Assembly (NCBI GenBank): GCA_965215365.1
Contig: CBDCDS010000003.1
Coordinates: 800,001-864,000, forward strand
DNA length: 64,000 nucleotides
Reading direction: 5' to 3'
Source of the DNA: Gammaproteobacteria bacterium
Lineage (GTDB): Bacteria; Pseudomonadota; Gammaproteobacteria; Eutrophobiales; Eutrophobiaceae
A model generated the notes under the pieces. The model was given only the letters and a program-made list of their open reading frames with translations. It was not told where the DNA came from and did not search any database. Position numbers and translations under genes: made by a program. Positions 56,801 through 64,000 of the stretch are shown piece by piece (positions within the stretch are counted from its first letter, which is position 1; every line of letters begins with the position of its first letter).

Positions 56801-59800
56801 CGGTGACGTTCACCTTCTCCGAAGACGTCACCGACTTCGTCACCGGCGATGTCAGCGTCACCAACGCCGACAAAAGCAACTTCGCCGGCAGTGGCGATAG
56901 CTACACCCTCACCGTCACCCCCAACGCCAGCGATGATGTGACGGTCACGGTCGCCGCCAATGCCGCCACCGATGGCGTGAACACCGGCCCGGCCAGTGCC
57001 GAGGCTAAGACCGCCACCTGGGACACCACCGCCCCGACGGTTGAGATTACCGGCGTGCCGGAGAAGATTAAGACCCGCGCCGCCTTCACGGTGACGTTCA
57101 CCTTCTCCGAAGACGTCACCGACTTCGTCACCGGCGATGTCAGCGTCACCAACGCCGACAAAAGCAACTTCGCCGGCAGTGGCGATAGCTACACCCTCAC
57201 CGTCACCCCCAACGCCAGCGATGATGTGACGGTCACGGTCGCCGCCGATGCCGCCACCGATGGCGCGAACACCGGCCCGGCCAGTGATGAGGTTGCGACC
57301 GCCACTTGGGACTCCACCGCCCCGACGCTGGACATCACCGGCGTGCCCGCTGAGATTCTCACCCGCGACGCCTTCACGGTGACGTTTACCTTCTCCGAAG
57401 ACGTCACCGGCTTTGCTGCCGACGACATCACCGTCACCAACGCAGCTAAGAGCAACTTCGCCGGCAGTGGCAGCAGTTACACCCTCACCGTCACCCCCAA
57501 CGCCAACGCCGATGTGACCGTCACGGTCGCCGCCGATGCCGCCAGTGACGGTATTAACACCGGCCCGGCCAGTGCCGAGACTGAGACCGCGAGCTGGGAT
57601 GTGGATGTCGCCTTTGCCTCAGGGACCGCCAGCGTCACCGAAGCGGCCAATGCCGAGGTGTCCCTGACCGTCACGCTGACCTCGGCGCGCAGTGCGGCGA
57701 CGACGGTTTTTGTTCAATACCAGAACATCACCGCCACACGCGTCGGCAATGCCGACTACACCGGCAGCCCGAACTCGGTGACCGTCCCCGCCGGGGACAC
57801 TAGCGCCACGCTGACCATCCCCATTACCAACGATGATGCCACCGAGTCCACCGAGACCTTCTTAGTGCGCCTGCTCCCTGATCGACTGCCGACCGGCGTC
57901 ACCTTAGGCAGCCCGCGCGAGGTGACCGTGACCATCACCGATGATGACGACCCGCCGGCGGCACCGGGTGCGCCCGCCGGCTTGAGCGCCGCCGCCGGCG
58001 ATACGCAAGTGGTACTCACCTGGACGGATCCGTCCAACGCCGACATCACCGCTTGGGAAGTACGCCAGGGCAGTGGCAGCCCGCTGAGCTGGGGTAGCTG
58101 GACGGAAATTGCCGGCAGTACGGCCACGACCACGACGCACACCGTCACCGGCTTAACCAACGGCACGGCTTACAGCTTTGAGCTGCGCGCCAAAGCCGGC
58201 ACGGTCAATGGCACGGCCTCCGGTACTGTGACCGCCACGCCGGCGGCCACCCCCACGGTGGCGCTGTCGGCCTCGGCCACTACGGTCACCGAAGGCGGCA
58301 GTGCTGTGACTATTACCGCCACCCGCAGCGCAGCGAACACCTCGGGCAGCGCGCTGAGTATTCCCATTGCCGTGAAGACCGCCGACACCACCGCCGGGGC
58401 CGAGGATTATACGTTAGCCGCCACCACGATTAGTCTCCCCAATAACGCCACCACCGGCACGACCACCCTGACGGCCACGACCGACAGTACCGATGAGCCG
58501 TATAACACCGAGGCCGTAGTCATCGAATTAGGCACGCCGCCCGCCGGCACCAACAAGGGCAGTCCCGCCGAGGTGACCGTCACCCTCATTGACAACAACC
58601 CCACCACCGTGACGCTAGCCGCCACCGCCGGGGATATCACCGAAGGCGCCACGAAGACCTTCACCGTCACCTCAGCGCGCGCCCTAGTCGCCGGCGAGGT
58701 GCTGCCGGTGCCGCTGACCTTCACCGGTACGGCCACCCGCAACACCGACTACACCGTAGCTTGTCCGGACACCCTGCCCACCGGGGTGAGCTGTAACAAC
58801 CTCAATACTGCCGCCACCCCCACCGTGACCTTCACCGGCCCGGCCGCTATGGCCGTGACCGTCACGCTGACGAGCACCACGGACAGTACCACCGAGAGCG
58901 GCGGTGAGACCGTGGATATTGGTTTGGGCACACTTAATGCCAGCTCCGGCACGAACTTAGGCGGCGGTGCTGCCGGCACGGACAACTTAGACACCTTCAC
59001 TATCAATGACCCGCCCGCCGCCGGCGCGCTGGCATTGACCTTAGCCACCATCGCCACAGACAATACCATCAACCTCGCCGAGAAGGCCGCCGGCTTTACC
59101 ATTACCGGCACCACCGGCAGTGAGTCCGGCGCATCCGTCACGGTGGTTGTGGGGACACAGACCTTCACGGCTGTGACCTCCGACAGCACCGGTGCCTGGT
59201 CGGTGAGTGTGCCGCCCGCTGCCGACTACATCACCGAAACCTCGGTGACCGTCACCGTCAATGCCACCAAGAACGGCTTTACTGCTGCGACACAACAGAC
59301 CCGCACGCTGACCGTCGATCTCAGCGCCCCCACCGCACCGAGCTACACCGCGCCGGGCAGCTTGCAGGTGGGCGTAGCACTCACGGCCATTGCCCCCTCC
59401 GGCGGCAGTGATATTAAGTCCACGGACGGCTATAGCATCACCGGGCAGCCCGCCGGCCTGACGATAAACGCCAATACCGGTGCCATCAGCGGCACACCGA
59501 CCACGGCTAATACTGCCACTGCCGCCGCCACGGTGACCGTCCAAGACACCGCCGGTAACCCCGCCACCGTGGGGATTACCTTCCCGGCGGTGGCTAAGGG
59601 CACACAAACCTTAACGGGCTTTGCCTACAGCTCAGCCACGGCCACCGTGGGCGGCAGTGCGCCGACGCTGACCGCGCCCACCGGCAACCGGGGCGCACTG
59701 AGCTACAGAACCACCAGCGCCGGCACTATCTGCACCGTCGCCACCGATGGGACGCTGACCTTAGTCGGCGCCGGTACCTGTGTCATTACCGCCACGGCCG

Positions 59801-62466
59801 CGGCCAACGCCAACTACAACGAAGCCACTGCTACGTTTACGGTGACCATCAGCGCCGGCGGGGGTGGCGTCACCCCCCAGCAGCCCGAGCCGCAGCCCGA
59901 GCCGCAGCCTGAGCCGACACCGCCGACACCGCCGGCAACGCCGACAACGCCGACAACACCGGCAACACCGGCAACACCGACACCGCCGACAACACCGCCG
60001 CCGGCACCCACACCCGTGTCCACCCCGGCCACCGATGCCGCCTTAACGCTCACTGCCGGCGCGCCGCTCACCGCCCCCGGCACGACGGCCCCGACGCCCA
60101 ACTTGCTGTTGACCTTAGCCGCGCCGATGGAAGCAATAAAGACCCCGGACGACCCCGGCGAGGACGCGCCGGGTGAGGACACCGGCGATGATACCGGCGA
60201 TATGGACGATGCCGTCCCGGCACCGGCCCCGGTCCCGGCCATGGCCCCGCCGCAGCGCCGCTATGACGTGCGGTTAGCGACCCGCCCGAGCGGTCCGGTC
60301 ACCTTAGTGGCAACCAGCTCAGATCCGAACATTGCCACCGTCAGTGCTGCCGTGCAGTTCACGGTGGCCGACTGGACGGTGCCGCAGGGCATTACCGTTA
60401 CCGCCTTGTCCCCGGGCTGGGTGGGCATTACCCATCGCCTGCAAGGCGGCGGTTATGACGGGCAGACGCTCCCTGAGCTGATCGTGCGCGTCGGTGATGG
60501 CGGCACGGACCCGCGCAAAGACTCCCCGCGCAACGCCGACCCGGCCGCCGCGCTGGGCATTGTCAACGAGGAGTCCCCCGCAGCCCCCGCCGAGGGTACC
60601 GACCGCGACGATGCGCCGGCGGACGGTGACTCCGCCGATAGTGACTCCGCCGATGGCGATGGCGCCGAGGCACCTACCGACGGTGACTCCGCTGACGGTG
60701 ATGGCGACGATACGCCTAGCGACGATGACTCCGCCGACACCGACGCACCCGCCGCCCCCGCCACCCCGGTCACTGAGTCCGACACGCAACCCCCCGCCCC
60801 CGCCGCCGCCCCCACCCCAGCGTTGCTGCCGGCCGGGACTTTGGCCACCTTGGCGCGTGGGCAGCTCAGCGCCGCCCAGGCCGTACTGGGCGCCCGCCTG
60901 AGCGCCGCCCCCGGTGCCGAGCGCCTCACTGTAGCCGGGCGCACGCTGTCGTTAGCAGCACTGCTCGGGAGCGACACCGCCGGTCTTGACACCGCCGCGC
61001 CCCGTGATTTGACGACCTTAGCCGTCCCCGGTGTGCCGGGCTTGTCCTGGGCGCAGGCCACCGGGCAGTGCGCCTCCTGGACACAGACTGATTGCGCCAC
61101 CCCGACCGGGGAGGGTACCGAGTCGCCCCACACCGGCGCCCCGGCCGGGATGTGGGAGACGTTGGTCTATCAATTCTTAAGCGGCCAGTTACGCAGTGCG
61201 GGTCTCAGCGCGGCACTGTGGCAGGACAGTGGGTTTGCTTTGGACCTCAGTGCCGGCGGTGACGGCACCGATGGGACCCCGCCCGGGCGGCGTTGGACGC
61301 TGTGGGGACAAGGTCAGGTGCAGGGCTTAACGGATTTACCCGCAGAGTTAGGGGGTGCTGGTGCCCAGCGCACCGGCTATCTGGGGTTGGACACCGCCTT
61401 AGGCGAGCGGGGTCGGGTCGGGCTGGCACTCTCGCACAGCTTCGATGCCAGTGCCTTACGCACGGTACACCCGTATCTGTCTATCACCCACGGTGCTACC
61501 CGCATAGCCGTGCTGGGCGGGGTCGGGCACAGCACCGGGACGGCAACCCCTGCCCGCCGCCCGAGTGGGTCTGATACGGCCCGCCGGGCGGCCTCCCCGG
61601 CGTGGCATGAAACCTTGCGTGCCGCGCCGTTACGGCTGCACTTCGGGCGGGTGGATGTGGCTCACCCGTTAGCCACCGTTGCCGGTTTGACGGTCGATGC
61701 CCGCGTAGATGCTGCCTGGGCGCGCCTAGTGCGTCTTAATGAGGCCGGGCGCGCCTTTCAGGGTGAGACCGTGCGCACCGTGCGTGCCGGGCTCAGTGCC
61801 ACCGGGACGCAGGTGACACTGCCGGCCGTGTCGGGCTTAGCGCTCAGCCCGACGTTCGCCGTGCGCCTGCGCGAGGATGCCGGTGCGGATGTGTCCGGGC
61901 GCGCCTTGGCGCTCGATGGTGCCCTCGATGCCCGCTATGCGCCCTGGCGCCTCACGCTCGGTGGTCACTGGCTCACCCGGCGCAGTGTGCGTGGGGGGCG
62001 TGAGCAGGGCGCCCGTGCTACGGTTGCCCACGGTCAGGCCGGGCAGGTGGGACCCTTCGTCAGTGTCACGGCCCGTTGGGGCGACCATGCCGGGGGCGGT
62101 GAGTCCCTGTGGGGCGAGCGCTTTGACTATCGCGCCCACACCACCGCCACCGCCCGGGCTTGGACGTTCGAGGCGCGCGGCGGTTATGGCTGGGCGCTCA
62201 CGCCCACGCTGCGCTTAGACAGCGCCGTGCAGCTGCGCCACGATACCACTGGGGCCGGTGCCCTGTGGACGTTCGAGCTGCGCCCGGCCACCTCCGGCAG
62301 CACGCCGGCGGCCTCGGGCGCACCGAGCGCCCTGAGCCCGGGGCGCGCCAGCGTCCCGCCGGTCAGCGCCGCTGCGACCGCCGCCCGCCCGACACCGCCC
62401 ACAGCCCACCCGCCCGCCGGCGTCATGGCTCACCCGCCCGCCGCTACGGCCCACCCGGAGCACTGA
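50827..62466 (+). CDS. Giant (3879 aa) surface adhesin: signal peptide, N-terminal beta domain, ~12 fibronectin type III domains, Calx-beta-like and bacterial Ig-like repeats, Pro/Thr- and Asp-rich linkers, C-terminal autotransporter-like barrel
   Basis: AEA/Q signal cleavage site; repeated P-x-AP...LSW...Y-x-Y...VTGLTNGT-x-Y-x-F-x-VRA; 96-aa DTTAPTV repeats; WTLWGQG...GYLGLD barrel-type region. Confidence 0.88.
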   Translation: MSYARASQSAQRGRLTPRKPTAHRRASGRLLTAAWFALLALPLLVLSLLFAPAAEAQTARVLVSNTGAGNASNIRVFGSERIAQAFTTGANSAGYNITSLQVRYHDSPAAQHLSGLTVTIRNVSGQNPGSTVLGTFTNPNSISAGLVTFNAPAGGIDLAASTTYFVQFAVGGGASRRGTFRTRSGTGKGDEDNASLSDWSIADDARGFTDGLWEGAEDEKLLQIDLRGTVKTAPTAPAAPMNLQAVVSSGQVELTWDDPSDNTITKWQYRRRDGDPGTWGAWTDLTTSKLGSTLFATVTGLTDGTEYDFEVRAVAGSTNGTAATVSATPVPRPAAPTGLTATAGSQQVVLSWTNPGNATITGYAYQQRTAGSSTWGNETAIPNSTATTITHTVTGLTNYTEYEFRLRAINPAGGTNSEPVSATPRPANAPGPPTDFTAVAGPGGGEVTLSWTRPSGTITRYEYRARRPGQDWFPWANIRGDTRTTFVASVGNEPLEFQMRARNGSVNGVLSVIVPATAVAAPAAPTGVTATAGNAQVTLSWGDPSNSDITKYQYRQKLSSASTWGTWTDFTGGTTATSTSGTVTGLTNGTAYDFEVRATAATGGTVLGATSATVSATPTATTAPAAPMGFTIDTGDTEITLKWTDPNNDAITKYQYRQGTGSLGSISWGEWTDIPASDEDTTEHTVTSLTNGTPYYFQVRAVVGTTLGTATAPTAITPVDKPAAPTNLKAAGGATAVTLSWSNPGNATITGYEYRQRALNPDSTLLGDWGNWMAIANSDDDTISHAVTGLTNYTRYQFQLRAVGLSGNGTASQSVGATPRPAGAPDAPRNFASSSGDTEIDLEWADPSNSAITKYQYRQGTSSLLMITWGNWTDIPSSNANTTEYTVTGLTNGARYLFEVRAVAGTVNGVATSYVLGTPVPVPDQPAGLSAAPGDGQVALSWNDPSDSTIDYYFYQVRTGSSWGDIQLFGSDSTTTHTVTGLTNGTEYGFRISAANGSGNSPASAVVTATPLDANAAAAPAGFSAATGSSSGEVDLSWTDPSNSAITKWQVRYGPSPSGGSTTWGAWADISSSSATTASHTVTGLTGATRYAFQVRAVTGTSVFGAASAAMTATPTSPLPAALTLSVTLRSEEVNVMWTDPGDPSITRYELQQRAVGGNWGATVPILRTWLSTLRTGLTNGTDYEFRLRAVNATGDGPWSSVTATPLATNAPAKPTALTATAGDTEATLSWTAPSGTITGYQIRRGTGDDPVTWGTWGAMPGSTSSTATYTVTNLTNATTYSFQIRAVNNAVLGATSDTVTATPATPAGLTFDPTALTVTEGNNATYTVVLNAVPTASVTVTIASDNSDVTVDTNTGMNGDQNTLTFTTTNWSTAQTVIVTAGHDNDTTNDTATLTHTASGGGYGSVTGSLTVTVTDDDSAGVTTAATDTTATEGSTTATATFTVVLDTQPSHNVTVTVTAPTGLTLDGPDSATAFTSSEALTFTDSTWSTAQTVTVRAPDDSTDSPSGRELTVTYATASTDSDYGNLTGMAATVTVTDNDATTVTLAGSAGDVTEGNTKTFTVTLGRGLVNGETLAVPLAFTGTATRGTDYMTACPTTLPTGVTCNDLDDTSLTPTVTFTGASGSTTDATVTLTLTATTDSTAETGGETVVIGLGTLSATGLEGGTSTTDSLADFKITDPDTTAPTVTIAGVPEKINDRDPFTVTFTFSEDVTDFVTGDVSVTNADKSNFAGSGDSYTLTVTPNASDDVTVTVAANAATDGVNTGPASAEAKTATWDTTAPTVEITGVPEKIKTRAAFTVTFTFSEDVTDFVTGDVSVTNADKSNFAGSGDSYTLTVTPNASDDVTVTVAANAATDGVNTGPASAEAKTATWDTTAPTVEITGVPEKIKTRAAFTVTFTFSEDVTDFVTGDVSVTNADKSNFAGSGDSYTLTVTPNASDDVTVTVAANAATDGVNTGPASAEAKTATWDTTAPTVEITGVPEKIKTRAAFTVTFTFSEDVTDFVTGDVSVTNADKSNFAGSGDSYTLTVTPNASDDVTVTVAANAATDGVNTGPASAEAKTATWDTTAPTVEITGVPEKIKTRAAFTVTFTFSEDVTDFVTGDVSVTNADKSNFAGSGDSYTLTVTPNASDDVTVTVAADAATDGANTGPASDEVATATWDSTAPTLDITGVPAEILTRDAFTVTFTFSEDVTGFAADDITVTNAAKSNFAGSGSSYTLTVTPNANADVTVTVAADAASDGINTGPASAETETASWDVDVAFASGTASVTEAANAEVSLTVTLTSARSAATTVFVQYQNITATRVGNADYTGSPNSVTVPAGDTSATLTIPITNDDATESTETFLVRLLPDRLPTGVTLGSPREVTVTITDDDDPPAAPGAPAGLSAAAGDTQVVLTWTDPSNADITAWEVRQGSGSPLSWGSWTEIAGSTATTTTHTVTGLTNGTAYSFELRAKAGTVNGTASGTVTATPAATPTVALSASATTVTEGGSAVTITATRSAANTSGSALSIPIAVKTADTTAGAEDYTLAATTISLPNNATTGTTTLTATTDSTDEPYNTEAVVIELGTPPAGTNKGSPAEVTVTLIDNNPTTVTLAATAGDITEGATKTFTVTSARALVAGEVLPVPLTFTGTATRNTDYTVACPDTLPTGVSCNNLNTAATPTVTFTGPAAMAVTVTLTSTTDSTTESGGETVDIGLGTLNASSGTNLGGGAAGTDNLDTFTINDPPAAGALALTLATIATDNTINLAEKAAGFTITGTTGSESGASVTVVVGTQTFTAVTSDSTGAWSVSVPPAADYITETSVTVTVNATKNGFTAATQQTRTLTVDLSAPTAPSYTAPGSLQVGVALTAIAPSGGSDIKSTDGYSITGQPAGLTINANTGAISGTPTTANTATAAATVTVQDTAGNPATVGITFPAVAKGTQTLTGFAYSSATATVGGSAPTLTAPTGNRGALSYRTTSAGTICTVATDGTLTLVGAGTCVITATAAANANYNEATATFTVTISAGGGGVTPQQPEPQPEPQPEPTPPTPPATPTTPTTPATPATPTPPTTPPPAPTPVSTPATDAALTLTAGAPLTAPGTTAPTPNLLLTLAAPMEAIKTPDDPGEDAPGEDTGDDTGDMDDAVPAPAPVPAMAPPQRRYDVRLATRPSGPVTLVATSSDPNIATVSAAVQFTVADWTVPQGITVTALSPGWVGITHRLQGGGYDGQTLPELIVRVGDGGTDPRKDSPRNADPAAALGIVNEESPAAPAEGTDRDDAPADGDSADSDSADGDGAEAPTDGDSADGDGDDTPSDDDSADTDAPAAPATPVTESDTQPPAPAAAPTPALLPAGTLATLARGQLSAAQAVLGARLSAAPGAERLTVAGRTLSLAALLGSDTAGLDTAAPRDLTTLAVPGVPGLSWAQATGQCASWTQTDCATPTGEGTESPHTGAPAGMWETLVYQFLSGQLRSAGLSAALWQDSGFALDLSAGGDGTDGTPPGRRWTLWGQGQVQGLTDLPAELGGAGAQRTGYLGLDTALGERGRVGLALSHSFDASALRTVHPYLSITHGATRIAVLGGVGHSTGTATPARRPSGSDTARRAASPAWHETLRAAPLRLHFGRVDVAHPLATVAGLTVDARVDAAWARLVRLNEAGRAFQGETVRTVRAGLSATGTQVTLPAVSGLALSPTFAVRLREDAGADVSGRALALDGALDARYAPWRLTLGGHWLTRRSVRGGREQGARATVAHGQAGQVGPFVSVTARWGDHAGGGESLWGERFDYRAHTTATARAWTFEARGGYGWALTPTLRLDSAVQLRHDTTGAGALWTFELRPATSGSTPAASGAPSALSPGRASVPPVSAAATAARPTPPTAHPPAGVMAHPPAATAHPEH
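55870..57600 (+). repeat. Intragenic 288-bp tandem repeats (six Ig-like units, the central ones identical)
   Basis: ttcacggtgacgtt(c/t)accttctccgaagac recurs at 55933, 56221, 56509, 56797, 57085 and 57373. Confidence 0.93.
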
Positions 62467-62467
62467 C

Positions 62468-64000
62468 ATGGCGATACGCACCGAGACTCCCAACACTGAT
62501 GTCCCCACTGCGGTACAGACGCCCGACACTTTAGTGCCCGGCGGGCGCTTTCGCGGGCAGCTCAGCACCGCCGGCGAGACCGACCGTGTGCACGTGGAAC
62601 TCAGCGCCGGGCAGCCCTATACCTTCACCTTGCACGGCATCGGGCCGGACCCGGTCACAGACCCGGTGTTGCGCATCTATGATGCCACCGGCACTCAGCT
62701 GGCCGTGTATGACGATGTCGATGTGAGCACCCGGCAGTTGTATGCACACGGTGTGTTTATCCCGCCCGCCGATGGGCTCTATACCCTCAGTGCCGGTGCT
62801 TATGCCGGGGCGCAACGAGACCAAGCCACCGGCCACTATGAGCTGCGCATCTATGAGGCGACCGAGGCTGCCGGGCGCACTGTCACCGGCACGCCCGGTG
62901 CGGATGCTTATCTGGCCGGCGGGCCGGGGGACGATACGCTGGTGGGCGGGGCGGGCGATGACGTCTTAGACGGCGGGCCGGGGGGCGATACTCTGTCGGG
63001 CGGGCCGGGCCGTGATACCGCCTGGTACGGCTATGGTGGTGCTGGCGTGGTGGTGAACCTGACCACCGGGCAGACCGGCGGGGCGGCCGGCGGGGATACC
63101 TTCACCCCCGGTCCGCATACGCAGACCGATGGAGCAGGGCGCATCCGGGTGCTGCCCGACATTGAAAACCTGCACGGCTCGGCGCATGCCGATAGCTTAA
63201 CCGGCAATGCCTTGCCCAATACCCTTAACGGCGATGCCGGGGATGATACCTTGCGCGGGCAGGGCGGTAATGACTGGCTGGTGGGCGGGGCGGGTGGCGA
63301 TGTGCTCGTGGGCGGGGCGGGGGTCGATGCGGTGAGTTATGCCGACTCCCCGGCCGGGGTAGTGGTCAATCTGAGCACCGGGCAGGGTCACGGCGGGGAT
63401 GCCGCCGGTGACACCTTCCCCGGGCGTAAGGTCGTGGTGGTGCTCGATGCTGCCGGGCGTACCCAACGGGCGGTGGCCGCTGACATTGAATACTTAGACG
63501 GCTCAGCCTATGCCGATACCCTCAGTGGCGATAGTGGGGCGAACCGTCTGGCCGGGCGGGACGGGGACGATACCCTGAGCGGTGGCGAGGGCGACGACTG
63601 GCTCGAAGGTGAAGGCGGCGGCGATGTCCTCATGGGCGGTGCCGGTCAGGATGCCGCCTCGTATCGCACCTCCCCGACCGGGGTGGTGGTGCGCCTGCAC
63701 AGCGGGCAAGCCGCCGGCGGGGATGCTCAGGGCGATAGCTTCGCCTTTACCGACACCCTCACCGTGCCCGGCCCCGACGGGGACATGACCGTGGCTGTGA
63801 CCGACATTGAGCATCTGTACGGCTCGGACCATAATGACATCTTAGCCGGCGATGGGCGCAATAATGTATTAGACGGCGGGGCCGGGAACGACACCCTCTA
63901 CGGCGGCCCCGACGGCGGCGATGATACCCTCAACGGCGGGGACGGCAATGACCGGATATTCGGCGGCAAGGGGGACGATACGCTCAACGGCGGGGACGGC
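62468..64000 (+). CDS. RTX (hemolysin-type Ca-binding repeat) secreted protein with N-terminal PPC-like domain, partial at window edge
   Basis: Hand translation MAIRTETPNTDVP...DPVLRIYDATGTQLAVYDD... then many GG-x-G-x-D-x-L nonapeptides and DIE-x-L-x-GS-x2-(A/N)D blocks; open to the end of the window. Confidence 0.88.
   Translation, partial: MAIRTETPNTDVPTAVQTPDTLVPGGRFRGQLSTAGETDRVHVELSAGQPYTFTLHGIGPDPVTDPVLRIYDATGTQLAVYDDVDVSTRQLYAHGVFIPPADGLYTLSAGAYAGAQRDQATGHYELRIYEATEAAGRTVTGTPGADAYLAGGPGDDTLVGGAGDDVLDGGPGGDTLSGGPGRDTAWYGYGGAGVVVNLTTGQTGGAAGGDTFTPGPHTQTDGAGRIRVLPDIENLHGSAHADSLTGNALPNTLNGDAGDDTLRGQGGNDWLVGGAGGDVLVGGAGVDAVSYADSPAGVVVNLSTGQGHGGDAAGDTFPGRKVVVVLDAAGRTQRAVAADIEYLDGSAYADTLSGDSGANRLAGRDGDDTLSGGEGDDWLEGEGGGDVLMGGAGQDAASYRTSPTGVVVRLHSGQAAGGDAQGDSFAFTDTLTVPGPDGDMTVAVTDIEHLYGSDHNDILAGDGRNNVLDGGAGNDTLYGGPDGGDDTLNGGDGNDRIFGGKGDDTLNGGDG

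Noticed and set aside
55870-57600. Possible CRISPR or non-coding repeat array, and the repeated 88-aa minus-strand ORFs
   Set aside because: The units are in-frame 96-codon domains of the adhesin; the minus-strand ORFs are antisense shadows.

Overview
This 64 kb window looks like GC-rich gammaproteobacterial chromosome; the giant FN3/Ig adhesin, RTX protein, KID-type coiled-coil proteins and many MITE/REP-like repeats suggest a host-associated (e.g. sponge-symbiont-like) lifestyle, which is inference only. The core backbone is cysE-valS-holC-pepA-lptFG-RDD, pyrK-like/pyrC'-pyrB-pyrR-yqgF-yqgE, and bioA. Accessory blocks: (1) an AT-richer Zorya-like zorAB locus in which ZorA carries a signal peptide plus a YHYH-type His/Cys motif, and the expected ZorE/ZorCD effector is replaced by a DUF6804-like membrane protein followed by a PIN toxin pair; (2) a type III mod-res pair whose Res appears C-terminally truncated; (3) an orphan pqqA, missed by the ORF track, with a sigma54-type promoter; (4) a PHB-depolymerase/TonB-receptor/FabH-like/CoA-ligase/hydrolase locus with a tandem winged-helix regulator; (5) a LeuCD-paralog/CoA-transferase/cyclic-amidohydrolase catabolic cluster; (6) an intact IS with a 5-bp TSD; (7) a 3879-aa adhesin preceded by a 14x8-bp repeat and followed by a partial RTX gene. 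A ~210-nt rod-like RNA structure lies directly upstream of yqgE. No rRNA, tRNA or CRISPR array was seen. All product calls come from motif recognition by eye, not database searches.
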